In this document: one piece after another, positions 47,070-56,641 of the stretch
Layout: each line of letters starts with the position of its first letter
How positions within the stretch are numbered: position 1 is the stretch's first letter
Assembly (NCBI GenBank): GCA_017626945.1
Contig: JAGAHT010000024.1
Span: forward strand, 1,120 to 65,119
DNA from: Fibrobacter sp.
GTDB taxonomy: Bacteria > Fibrobacterota > Fibrobacteria > Fibrobacterales > Fibrobacteraceae
Direction: 5' to 3'
Length of the DNA stretch: 64,000 nucleotides
Notes under the pieces: generated by a model
Seen by the model: only the letters and a program-made list of their open reading frames with translations
What the model was told of the DNA's origin: nothing
Databases searched by the model: none
Program-made: the position numbers and the translations under genes

Positions 47070-47966
47070 CTACCATTCCTCGACGCTTTTCACCGTGAGG
47101 CTCATCGCGATATCCTTTTCGTAATATGCAGGCTCACTAATGAAAATAGGATACACCGGGCTCTCGCCATGGTACAAAATATCCTTGCCGTCAAAAGTAC
47201 GGAACAGCTTGTCGCCATCCTTGAGTTCGCGATAGTCGCGCCCCATCAAATCCGGATGAATCATCGCCTGGATCGCTCCACCGCCCTGCGGCTTGGGGTA
47301 ACCCAAATCCTTGAACTGCGTATAGACTTCCACTTTAATCGGTGCTCTTTTCTGCAATTCACCGCGGTTCCATTCCTCGGCAAGTTCCAAATAGCGCTTC
47401 ACCAGGCGTTCCGATTCCTCGAAAATCGCGGCATCCAGCGTTCCATGCTGCTGCGGGCCAATTTCGATGCACACATCCGCCTTCGCCACCGTTCCAAAAT
47501 ACGGCGAAGCGGAGCGTTCTTCGGGCTGGTAATAAATCCAAGCATCCTTGAATTCTTGCGTGAGCACCGCCGAGGCGCGCATCGTAAACGGGTCGCGCGC
47601 CGAAAGAATCAGGCAATAGCCCATGTTTGAGCCCGTGTTGTGCACATCCAGAAGCAAGTCCGTCTTGGTGGCGGACCCCTTCGGGCCATACAAAGCATTC
47701 AGTTCCTTAGCTCGACGGAACTCGTACTGCTGCGGCTCCACCGTCACATCTAAGCAAGTCTGCGAAAAAGCGCGATTCAAGTCATGATCGCGATAGCGGC
47801 GATTCAAGCGTACCGCTTCGGGGTTAGCAAGCACCAAATCCACCTTGGCGCTACAGAGCGAATTATAACACTCTGGGTGTTCCATCCATTTCTGGACAAG
47901 GCGAACCCCCGTCCGTTCGTTACCGTGGGTACCACCTGCAACGACTATGGTATTAATCAAACTCAT
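47070..47966 (-). CDS. Aspartoacylase (M14-like succinylglutamate desuccinylase/aspartoacylase family)
   Basis: GGTHGNERTG, DLNRAF, LDVHNT, IFISEPAYYEK. Confidence 0.9.
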   Translation of the reverse strand: MSLINTIVVAGGTHGNERTGVRLVQKWMEHPECYNSLCSAKVDLVLANPEAVRLNRRYRDHDLNRAFSQTCLDVTVEPQQYEFRRAKELNALYGPKGSATKTDLLLDVHNTGSNMGYCLILSARDPFTMRASAVLTQEFKDAWIYYQPEERSASPYFGTVAKADVCIEIGPQQHGTLDAAIFEESERLVKRYLELAEEWNRGELQKRAPIKVEVYTQFKDLGYPKPQGGGAIQAMIHPDLMGRDYRELKDGDKLFRTFDGKDILYHGESPVYPIFISEPAYYEKDIAMSLTVKSVEEW

Positions 47967-48008
47967 ACCCCAAATATACTAAAATTCAGGGTCAGCCAGA
48001 CTTATCCA

Positions 48009-48965
48009 TCAAATACCCACGTTTTTTACGCAGCGAACCACATATCTATCACCTTTACTAAAGTCAGTATGAATATTTGCGGTTGTCTCCCCTGTCGCAA
48101 GTCCAACAGTTGTCCCCCCATACAGCCACACCGTATAGGCACCCCTATCATTATATTGTGTGGAAGTATTATAAACAGCATAAAAACTATTTTGACGCAT
48201 TCCGTAACTAGCCCATCTACCAGATGGAATTGCCGAAAAACCGTATCGATCATCTCCATCAAACGAATCCATTTCCTTCCATCCACTAGTAGTTTTTAGC
48301 TTATTTGAAACATTATAACAAGTTTGTATGGGTTCATGTTGAGATGTATAAGACACAGAACCACAGTTTCCTCCAATCGCGAAAAACAGTGTTTTAAATT
48401 CATCTACACTAGGCAAATGCCACCCATCAGGGCAAATTCCTTGTATATCCCCTTCAGGCAGTTCACATTTATTTTCATTGCAATTACTCGCTGGATCAGC
48501 ACCTACAGCATCGGCCCATGTATAATAGACGCCCACGTCAGAACAACGGCCGTGGATTCCAGCGTTACAATAATTAACGACAGAATCCCCAATGTCTACG
48601 GGATAATCATACTGTAGATTTTCTGCCATCCATTCCTGATCGCCAATCACAACAGTCTTATAGGTTTTCCCATCGCGAGAATCAATTATTGTTCCATAAA
48701 CACAATTATCTTCCGTTTCCGTTTTGCATCCAGGCACAACAAACGAAGAACTTGATTCTTTAACAGCAAGGCTACTGCTTGACAAAACGACAGCAGACTC
48801 ATCCGAGCTAGACATTTCCATTGCATCAGATGACAAGATTTCCTGTCCCGACTGGTCAGTATTATTCGATGCAGCCACATTCCCCAGCGTAGAGCTGGGA
48901 TTATCTTCACCACAAGCAAGAAAACCTATACATGAAACTGCGAGAACAGACTTTAAAATTTTCAT
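48009..48965 (-). CDS. Fibrobacter succinogenes major domain (Fib_succ_major) lipoprotein
   Basis: Lipobox FLAC, DSRDGKTYKTVVIGDQEWMAENL, YYTWADA, QGICPDGWHLPS, VRCVK. Confidence 0.92.
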   Translation of the reverse strand: MKILKSVLAVSCIGFLACGEDNPSSTLGNVAASNNTDQSGQEILSSDAMEMSSSDESAVVLSSSSLAVKESSSSFVVPGCKTETEDNCVYGTIIDSRDGKTYKTVVIGDQEWMAENLQYDYPVDIGDSVVNYCNAGIHGRCSDVGVYYTWADAVGADPASNCNENKCELPEGDIQGICPDGWHLPSVDEFKTLFFAIGGNCGSVSYTSQHEPIQTCYNVSNKLKTTSGWKEMDSFDGDDRYGFSAIPSGRWASYGMRQNSFYAVYNTSTQYNDRGAYTVWLYGGTTVGLATGETTANIHTDFSKGDRYVVRCVKNVGI

Positions 48966-49064
48966 AATATTCCTCCGTTTGAAGCAAATATAACTTTTTA
49001 AACAAACTCCTCAAAATAAAAAACAAAGAATACTATATTTACCCCACCTCAACAAGGAATTTTT

Positions 49065-49598
49065 ATGTACAAATTCGTTTACCTTGTTTTCGCAATCGCA
49101 CTGGCGATGCTTACAACCAGTTGCACGGCGTCTTACCAGCACATGACCCTGAACCAGCCCGCAAACGTGCTCTACCCGCAGTCTCGTTTCCTTTTGGTCA
49201 CCCCGGTCAACGGCATGTACGGCAACACAATTTATCCGTCCTCAGGCTTCGAGGTCATCCAGGCGCTGACCAAGGAACTGCAGCACTACACAAACGCCAT
49301 CGCGACCATTCCGGTCCCCGTGACTATTGAACAGATCTACCCCCAGGATCTGGCACAGACCGATTACGTGATCATCCCGCAAATTCTGCATTGGGAAGAC
49401 CGTGCCACGGGCTGGTCCTTCGTCCCGGACCGTATCGAGGTTCGTTTCGACATCTACAATAACCAGCGTCAGCTAATCGACTCCTACCTCATCAACGGCA
49501 GGAGTGCCTATATCGTCTGGGTCAGCAAGCAGCCCAATTCGCTGCTTCCCAAGCCCATCCGCGCTATGCTGAAGGAACTTTTCGGCAAGCTTAAATAG
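49065..49598 (+). CDS. DUF4823-like lipoprotein
   Basis: Lipobox TTSC; PQILHWEDRATGWS..PDRIEV. Confidence 0.7.
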   Translation: MYKFVYLVFAIALAMLTTSCTASYQHMTLNQPANVLYPQSRFLLVTPVNGMYGNTIYPSSGFEVIQALTKELQHYTNAIATIPVPVTIEQIYPQDLAQTDYVIIPQILHWEDRATGWSFVPDRIEVRFDIYNNQRQLIDSYLINGRSAYIVWVSKQPNSLLPKPIRAMLKELFGKLK

Positions 49599-49685
49599 CA
49601 GGTTAGCAAATTCTCGCCACGTAATCTTAAAGATTTCCCCCAAAAAAGCGGACTTAAAGTTACATTCACTAGGCAGAGGTCTGTT

Positions 49686-51281
49686 ATGAAATTCACGATG
49701 TTTTTTTTCTCCCTAAGCAGCTTCATTCTCTTAGCAGCTTGTTCGCAAGTGGCTTCCGGAAGTTCAGAAAATGACGATCCTGTAGCAGAAAGCAGTTCTT
49801 CTAAAAAAGAAACTAGTTCTAGCAGCAAAGGTAATAACGCTGCTAGCAACGACAATGAGATTTCTGAAGAAAAATGCACCGGCGATTCAGGCACACCGTG
49901 GGATGGAACCACGGCCAAGGATTTTGCCTGTGGTGCAGGAACCAAGCTCAGCCCTTACGTCATCTTGACTGCAGAACAGTTGACAAAGCTTTCTTTTGTC
50001 ATCGGTGCAAATGAAAAGGACTATCAAGGCAAATATTATAAACTAGGCGCAGATATAATCTTGAACGATGGTAAGATTATCGACGAAAAGGGCGCACTCG
50101 TTGCGGACTCCACTAAACTCCACAAATGGACTCCTATTGGGAATTCAAGCGTCGCCTTTACCGGGACCTTCGATGGCGATGGCCACACCGTCAGTGGAAT
50201 GTTCATCAACACGACAAGTTCACACAATGGATTGTTCGGGAACAGCAGCGGGACTATTGAAAATTTGACCGTGGCGGATTCATGGGTAAGCGGAGGAAAA
50301 TATACCGCCGGAGTTGTGGGATACAACGTAGGGACCATTGAAAATGCCCTAAATACAGCAAGCATTACCGCACCAGATAATTGCGTTGGGGGCGTAGTAG
50401 GTAGCTCCGCTCAAAGACAGTACAAATACAATTCGATTCTAAATAAAGTCGTAAATAAAGGAATTATTGTTGGGAAAAACAATGTCGGTGGCGTAGCAGG
50501 TTGTGTCACAAATGTCACCGTTGATGGAGCAGAAAATTCCGCACCGATTGAGGGATTTGGATATATCGGCGGAGTCTTTGGCGGCATAGGAGCAGCTAAC
50601 AATAATGACATTCATAATCTTAAAAACTTTGGAGTTGTTATCGGAACTCATTTTGTAGGGGGTATTTCAGGACATTGCGGCGGAACAAGTTTAACAACAT
50701 CCTCCTTATACGGTGGGCCATCTTACCATTGTTCCGATTCAAAAAGTTGGACTTGTGGCTCTCTGACGCGTGCTCATAACGAAGCAAACGTGTTGGGGAA
50801 AAATTATGTTGGTGGAGTATTAGGAATTGGATGCGGGGGAAAAGAAAATTATCTCAGCAACACTGCTGATATCGAAGGCGTATATGGAACAGCTGGTGTT
50901 ATCGGATCTGCATCCTTTGTCACTTCTAGTCATCTTTATAATACCGGCAATATTTACGGAGGAAATTATGTCGGCGGAATACTCAGCTATAATAAAGAAG
51001 GCGTCACCAATTCCGCCTATTCCACCGGCAAGGTTGACGGCGATTCCCTTGTCGGCTTGATGATTGGCTACAACTACAACACCACCATGGCAGACTACTA
51101 CTATCTGGAACAAGGAGACCATGAACCCTTCGGCCTTAACAACGGCGGCGGAGTCGCCACCCCAAAATCTGAAAAAGAAATGAAATCCTCAGACTTTGCA
51201 GAACTCCTCGGCGAAGATTTCGTTTATGACAGCGGTTTGAACAACGGCTACCCCATACTCAAGTGGGAAAAGGAAGAATAA
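49686..51281 (+). CDS. GLUG-motif repeat lipoprotein
   Basis: Lipobox LAAC; WTPIG...FTGTFDGDGHTVSG; repeated (Y/N)VGG(V/I)xG motifs. Confidence 0.85.
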   Translation: MKFTMFFFSLSSFILLAACSQVASGSSENDDPVAESSSSKKETSSSSKGNNAASNDNEISEEKCTGDSGTPWDGTTAKDFACGAGTKLSPYVILTAEQLTKLSFVIGANEKDYQGKYYKLGADIILNDGKIIDEKGALVADSTKLHKWTPIGNSSVAFTGTFDGDGHTVSGMFINTTSSHNGLFGNSSGTIENLTVADSWVSGGKYTAGVVGYNVGTIENALNTASITAPDNCVGGVVGSSAQRQYKYNSILNKVVNKGIIVGKNNVGGVAGCVTNVTVDGAENSAPIEGFGYIGGVFGGIGAANNNDIHNLKNFGVVIGTHFVGGISGHCGGTSLTTSSLYGGPSYHCSDSKSWTCGSLTRAHNEANVLGKNYVGGVLGIGCGGKENYLSNTADIEGVYGTAGVIGSASFVTSSHLYNTGNIYGGNYVGGILSYNKEGVTNSAYSTGKVDGDSLVGLMIGYNYNTTMADYYYLEQGDHEPFGLNNGGGVATPKSEKEMKSSDFAELLGEDFVYDSGLNNGYPILKWEKEE

Positions 51282-51302
51282 CGATATATCAAAGGAAATC
51301 TA

Positions 51303-52052
51303 ATGGGAAAGAAATTCCGCACACATGTCCAGGGCGAATCACTCCAAAAGAAAATTGATGCTGATTACGAGCGTTATTTTAGTATTTGGGCTTTATTTAT
51401 CGCCTTTTTTATACTAACCCTTTATGTATGGCTTTTTTATTTTGGTGTATGGGACATCACTTTTTGCCTTGCGATGACTTTTTCCATAACAACAGGAATC
51501 ATTCTTGTCTATGGGATTCATAAATCAAGAAAACTGATAAAACACATTCGCAACTGTTATAAAGGAATGGAAGGGGAACGTCTTGTTGGCGAAATGTTAA
51601 ACAAAATGAGCAATGACTCCACCCGAGTATTCCATGACATTTGTGGAGATTGTTTCAATGTTGACCATCTTATTATTAGTACCAAAGGCATTTTCACTAT
51701 TGAGACAAAACATTACGACCGAAAGAAAGGATATAAGTTTTTATTCCAAAACGGCAAATTAATGTTTAACGACCATCAATGCACAACCCTATTAAATCAA
51801 ATGGATGGTGAAGCCAATTTTATTCATGAGAAATTGATCTCCCTTTGTGGACGTGACTACCCCATTCAGAAAGTAGCGATTATCATCGGCGCATACATTG
51901 ATAATCCCCAAAATGAATTTTCCAATTATTGGATTTTAAATGAAAATAGTTTTCCAAAGTTTTTCGCAAACGCAAAAGACTGTCTTACCATTGACGAAGT
52001 CCGTTCAATAGCAAACCAAATCACAGAATGGATCAAAGTCTCCGTTGACTAA
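51303..52052 (+). CDS. NERD (nuclease-related) domain membrane protein
   Basis: Two TM segments, KGMEGERLV, NVDHLIISTKGIFTIETK. Confidence 0.85.
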   Translation: MGKKFRTHVQGESLQKKIDADYERYFSIWALFIAFFILTLYVWLFYFGVWDITFCLAMTFSITTGIILVYGIHKSRKLIKHIRNCYKGMEGERLVGEMLNKMSNDSTRVFHDICGDCFNVDHLIISTKGIFTIETKHYDRKKGYKFLFQNGKLMFNDHQCTTLLNQMDGEANFIHEKLISLCGRDYPIQKVAIIIGAYIDNPQNEFSNYWILNENSFPKFFANAKDCLTIDEVRSIANQITEWIKVSVD

Positions 52053-52057
52053 TTATT

Positions 52058-52198
52058 TTAGCTGAAGTGGTCTTTCAGTCTGAAGGCTACTTTCATCTCA
52101 ACAATAGCCATTTCGGCTGGATTCAGGCCAAGGTATTCATCCACATCACCGACTTTCCAGCCTTTCTTCTGCAATTTTTCTTTTTTCGCCTTTTCCAT
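52058..52198 (-). pseudogene. Truncated N-terminus of an XRE-type antitoxin/HTH regulator
   Basis: MEKAKKEKLQKKGWKVGDVDEYLGLNPAEMAIVEMKVAF then an early stop at 46 aa; HTH domain absent. Confidence 0.55.
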
Positions 52199-52365
52199 AC
52201 ACTAATCCTTATCATCTCAAATATATATCAGATTTGACGTAAAGTCAAGGGATAGAGTCACCACGTCCCCACCTTTGTAAATCATTGTAAAATTTCGTCC
52301 TAAAAAGGCTTCAATAGTCCGAAAAAAGCGTGTATAGTATATATGCACCTCAAAAAAGGACAACT

Positions 52366-53352
52366 ATGAGTATAAGAAAAGATACGCCGAATCCGCTAGT
52401 TTCTGCCGGCGAAATCGTACTTTACCAACCCGAAGGCGAAGTAAAATTGGAAGTACGCGTTGAAAACGAAACCGTATGGCTTACACAAGCGCAAATGGCT
52501 GAGTTGTTTCAGAAAAATCAATCAGTTATTGCCAGACACATTCAAAACGCTATTTCAGAAGGAGAAATCCCCAAAGAAGGTAATATGCAAATTTTGCATA
52601 ATACTCTCTCCAAGTATAAGCCAACGACCATCTATTCTTTAGATGTCATTATTTCTGTCGGTTATAGGGTGAAATCAGCAAATGGTGTAAAATTTCGTCG
52701 TTGGGCAAATCAGATTCTCAAGGACCATTTGCTCAAGGGCTACAGCCTCAATCGTCGGATGCTCGCAGCCGGAATGCAGGTTGAAAGCCGTTTTCAAGAG
52801 CAAGAAAAAAAACTTGAGTCACAAAATGCAGAAATCGCCGAAATGAAGGTCTCGGTTGAATCGCAAAACGCCCGCATCAGAGCTGTCGAAAACCACATTG
52901 ATTTCTTCGTGAAGGCCGCACAACTTCCAAGTGGCGGTATTATTGCCCCAAACACAAGATTCAACGGCTACGTGCTGATCGCAGACCTTGTGAAATCAGC
53001 AAGACGATCTATCGTTTTTATTGACCCATATGCAGACATTAGTGCATTGAAGTTTACCGCAATGAAAGCGGAAGGCGTTACCGCCACCATTTACTCCGCA
53101 CGAATTTCGCACCAATTCAAGGAGGAGGCTGCGCTATACAAAAAACAGCATCCAGAATTTGATTTAAAGACCATGCGAGTTATTCACGACCGATTTTTGC
53201 TTGTAGATGATATGGTTTACCATTTCGGGGCTAGTTTCAAGGATATGGGTGCGGAATTTTCGGCTTATAGTGTTCTGAACTTCGTGACCCCTGAAGAAGT
53301 TATCGAAAAAGTTATGCAGACGACAAAGGAATCTTCTGCAAAGGGGTTTTAG
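52366..53352 (+). CDS. RhuM-family DNA-binding protein with C-terminal HDRF domain
   Basis: GEIVLYQPEG, ETVWLTQAQMAELF, YSLDVIISVGYRVKS..FRRWA; IHDRFLLVDD. Confidence 0.85.
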   Translation: MSIRKDTPNPLVSAGEIVLYQPEGEVKLEVRVENETVWLTQAQMAELFQKNQSVIARHIQNAISEGEIPKEGNMQILHNTLSKYKPTTIYSLDVIISVGYRVKSANGVKFRRWANQILKDHLLKGYSLNRRMLAAGMQVESRFQEQEKKLESQNAEIAEMKVSVESQNARIRAVENHIDFFVKAAQLPSGGIIAPNTRFNGYVLIADLVKSARRSIVFIDPYADISALKFTAMKAEGVTATIYSARISHQFKEEAALYKKQHPEFDLKTMRVIHDRFLLVDDMVYHFGASFKDMGAEFSAYSVLNFVTPEEVIEKVMQTTKESSAKGF

Positions 53353-53437
53353 GGGAGCCCCTAGCCCTTTGATCCATTTTACTGCATTAAGTTTTTGCAT
53401 GAAAATCTCAATCGGCAAATTTATTATATTAAACACC

Positions 53438-53806
53438 ATGTCAAAAGATGAAGACGAAATCGAAGAAGTAGAAGTTCACGAGATTCACCGGGAAGATTCT
53501 CCGGTAGAAGATCAAACATCGAACATGAAAAAGGCTTTGGCTGTGTTGCTGATGCTTGCTACCTTGGCTTACGACGCCTCTCCGGTAGACTTCATTCCAG
53601 ACGTTCCCATCATAGGTTGGATTGACGACGCAGGTCTTACACTTGCCGCAGGCATCAACCTGATTCAACAGTTTATCGGAAACCAGAACGCAAGCCTGGT
53701 TAAGCTCCTGAAATACGCCAAGTGGACCTTCGTCTCGATGGTCGCCATAGCCGTTTTGCTGCTAGGCGGTCTAATCGCCCTCATCGTGAATTTGGTCGCC
53801 GGATAA
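53438..53806 (+). CDS. DUF1232 (YkvA) membrane protein
   Basis: YDASPVDFIPDVPIIGWIDD. Confidence 0.85.
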   Translation: MSKDEDEIEEVEVHEIHREDSPVEDQTSNMKKALAVLLMLATLAYDASPVDFIPDVPIIGWIDDAGLTLAAGINLIQQFIGNQNASLVKLLKYAKWTFVSMVAIAVLLLGGLIALIVNLVAG

Positions 53807-54062
53807 ATCAAACAACCCTTTACGGTTCCATTGCAGAATCAATGCAAGGAATCTTTTCAGATTCAAGGTAGTCAATGATTTCGTCCAGGGTCATTAGCGA
53901 ATCCTCAAAAAAAACATCATTTTCTCGCTTTTTGCCTAAAAGCCTTTTTTCAGCTATCCTCTAACCACTAATCACCAATCACCAACCACTACTTTTTCTA
54001 TCTTTCCCCCCGTATTTTATTGTACAGTAAAAACCAGGGATTTATCCCATAGGAAGACACAA

Positions 54063-55637
54063 ATGAAAAAGATCAAGTTCCAGGACACCTCGTTCCGCGA
54101 TGGTTTCCAATCTATTTTCGGTGCCCGTGTGTTCGCCAAGGACTTTATGCCCGCGGTCGAAGCTGCCGTGAAGGCAGGCATCACCCACTTTGAAGCTGGT
54201 GGCGGCGCCCGTTTCCAGGCCCTGTACCAGAACTGCGGCGAAGACGCATTCGACATGATGGACGAATTCCGCCGCGTAGTCGGCCCGAACATCCGCCTGC
54301 AGACCCTCGCCCGCGGTATCAACGTGGTGGCCCTCGCCCCGCAGCCGCGCGACATGATCAAGCTCCATGCCGACATGTTCAAGAAGCACGGCATGACCCG
54401 TATTCGTAACTTTGACGCCCTCAACGACGTGAACAACCTCATCTACTCCGGTAAGTGCATCACCGACGCCGGTCTGGAACACGAAGTCGTCGTGACCATG
54501 ATGGAACTTCCTCCGGGATGCGACCTCAACGCCGCCCACAACCCGGAATTCTACGAACGCATCCTCCGCAACATCTTGGACGCAGGCGTTCCGTTCGCTT
54601 CCGTTTGCTTCAAGGACGCTTCCGGCACCACGAACCCGACCAAGGTTTATGAAACCTTCAAGCGCGCCCGTAAGCTCCTCGGTGACAAGGTCGAACTCCG
54701 CATCCACAGCCATGACACCTGCGGTACCGGTGTGGCCCAGTACAAGGCTGCTATCGAAGGTGGCGCTGATGGCGTCGACCTCGGCCGCAAGCCGCTTTCT
54801 GGCGGTACGGCTCAGCCGGACCTCTTCTCCATGTTCCACGCCCTCAAGGGTACGGAATACAAGCTCGCCCTCGGTGAAGACAGCATCGTCGACGATCACA
54901 TTCCGGAACTCATGGAAGCCAACAACGTCGCCGTCGAATGCCTCAAGGACTACAACTTCCCGCCCGAAGCCCGTCAGATTACCACCGACGTGATCTTCAG
55001 CCCCATGCCGGGTGGCGCTCTTACCGCCAACACCCTCATGATGCGTGAAACCAAGACCTTCCACCTGTTCCCGAAGGTCATCGAGAACATGAGTGAATGC
55101 GTCCGCCGCGGTGGCTTTGCTTCTTCCGTGACGCCGGTTTCTCAGTTCTACTTCCAGCAGGCTTACATGAACACCCTGAACCAGGCCGCAGGCCGCGGTA
55201 CTTGGTTCAAGATGACCGAAGGCTACGGCAAGATGCTCCTCGGTTATCAGGGCAAGACTCCTTGCGAACCGGATCCGGAACTCGTGAAGATCGCAGCCGA
55301 CCAGTTCAACATGAAGCCGTTCAAGGAAGCCTATCCGGGCGTCCAGTGCGCAGAAGAAATTCTCGAACCGGGCATTCCGAAGGCCAAGGCTCTCCTCGAA
55401 GAAAATGGTCTGCCGGTCACCGACGAAACCATCTTCATCACGGGCTGCCTCCAGACGAAGGCTGGCAACAAGGGTATCGAATTCCTCAAGGGCAACCGCC
55501 ACATTGGCGTGCCGAAGAAGGACCCGAACGCTGCTCCGGCAGTGGACACCAAGAACATGAAGGCCGGCGCCGCAAGCACCTACCGCATCGCTCTTGGCAA
55601 CCAGAGCTGGGACGTGCAGGTTCAGACCCTCAAGTAA
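54063..55637 (+). CDS. Pyruvate carboxylase subunit B / oxaloacetate decarboxylase alpha-like carboxyltransferase (no biotinyl domain in this ORF)
   Basis: DTSFRDGFQS, EAGGGARF, RNFDALND, CFKDASG, IHSHDT, PMPGG, SVTPVSQ. Confidence 0.88.
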   Translation: MKKIKFQDTSFRDGFQSIFGARVFAKDFMPAVEAAVKAGITHFEAGGGARFQALYQNCGEDAFDMMDEFRRVVGPNIRLQTLARGINVVALAPQPRDMIKLHADMFKKHGMTRIRNFDALNDVNNLIYSGKCITDAGLEHEVVVTMMELPPGCDLNAAHNPEFYERILRNILDAGVPFASVCFKDASGTTNPTKVYETFKRARKLLGDKVELRIHSHDTCGTGVAQYKAAIEGGADGVDLGRKPLSGGTAQPDLFSMFHALKGTEYKLALGEDSIVDDHIPELMEANNVAVECLKDYNFPPEARQITTDVIFSPMPGGALTANTLMMRETKTFHLFPKVIENMSECVRRGGFASSVTPVSQFYFQQAYMNTLNQAAGRGTWFKMTEGYGKMLLGYQGKTPCEPDPELVKIAADQFNMKPFKEAYPGVQCAEEILEPGIPKAKALLEENGLPVTDETIFITGCLQTKAGNKGIEFLKGNRHIGVPKKDPNAAPAVDTKNMKAGAASTYRIALGNQSWDVQVQTLK

Positions 55638-55671
55638 TTTGTTGCGGCAACCGCCGCTTCATAAACAAATT

Positions 55672-55708
55672 AAAAAGAGCCTCCGGCAAATCGCCGGGGC
55701 TCTTTTTG
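55672..55708. terminator. Bidirectional terminator
   Basis: AAAAAGAGCCTCCGGC-AAATC-GCCGGGGCTCTTTTT. Confidence 0.8.
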
Positions 55709-55733
55709 TCTTTTCTCTTTTCAAGGAATCTTT

Positions 55734-56573
55734 TTAGAACAAGAACTGCTTACCCGCATACACGGTCACAGACATCAGGTTATTGTTCGCGAGACCTGCG
55801 AAGAACCCTGTCGGATGCGCATAGGTAAACTTGAGCGAAGATGTCCAGTTGTCGGGACTCCCCTTATGCAGGAAGTCATACTCCGCGACAAGGTTGCCAT
55901 ACTGTCCGTGTCGGCCAAGATGCAAACCCAACCAGTAGGCGGTCGCGAAAGCGGCCCCCGATTTTCCGTCCACATCGTCGACAATCCGCAGTTCGTCCAG
56001 CTTTTCACGAACATCGTCATAATCGGATGCTCCCTGGAACAACTGGGCTCCACCGGCAAAGCCAAGAATGACGTACGCGCCCAGGTTGAAGTCTACGCCG
56101 GCCAAGATACGTTCCTGAATATTCCAGAAACTGTAGCTTTCCTTGCCAGCATCGCTCCTAAGCCACGCCGCATACTTCGCGTCACCATCCAGCGATACCG
56201 TATTTTCTGTTTTCGTAAGCGACGACGGATTGCACTTGCTCCCTTCGTCGCAACCGAACTTCAGTGAACCGCCGAAACCGCCCGCCGCGATGTTTACGAA
56301 GAACGGCGACAACGCTCCGCCCATACGGTAGGTAAAGCCTACATTTCCACCTCCCGCATTCAGGTCCTTCACGTTGTAGTCGTCACCCGTGTGCCCCCAG
56401 AAACCAGAAGCGGTCACGGACATTTCCGACGAGGAACTATCCGCAGAGGCACGGTGCATCAACGGGGCCGGTATAAGGGTTGCCCCCATAGAACGGGAAG
56501 TGGGCTCCAAACATCCAGTGACAAACAACGACAACGAGGCTGTCACCGCCATTTGCATGTATATTTTTTTCAT
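55734..56573 (-). CDS. Hypothetical lipoprotein / outer-membrane protein
   Basis: Lipobox VTGC; beta-strand pattern; C-terminal Phe. Confidence 0.7.
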   Translation of the reverse strand: MKKIYMQMAVTASLSLFVTGCLEPTSRSMGATLIPAPLMHRASADSSSSEMSVTASGFWGHTGDDYNVKDLNAGGGNVGFTYRMGGALSPFFVNIAAGGFGGSLKFGCDEGSKCNPSSLTKTENTVSLDGDAKYAAWLRSDAGKESYSFWNIQERILAGVDFNLGAYVILGFAGGAQLFQGASDYDDVREKLDELRIVDDVDGKSGAAFATAYWLGLHLGRHGQYGNLVAEYDFLHKGSPDNWTSSLKFTYAHPTGFFAGLANNNLMSVTVYAGKQFLF

Positions 56574-56641
56574 TTCATCTCCATAAAATTGGGATTCACT
56601 TTCCAAACACTCTCAAATAAAGATAACATATCCACAACAAG

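Noticed and set aside
53949-53992. AACCACT/ATCACC short degenerate repeats upstream of the carboxyltransferase
   Set aside because: Low-complexity intergenic repeat, too short to support a function.
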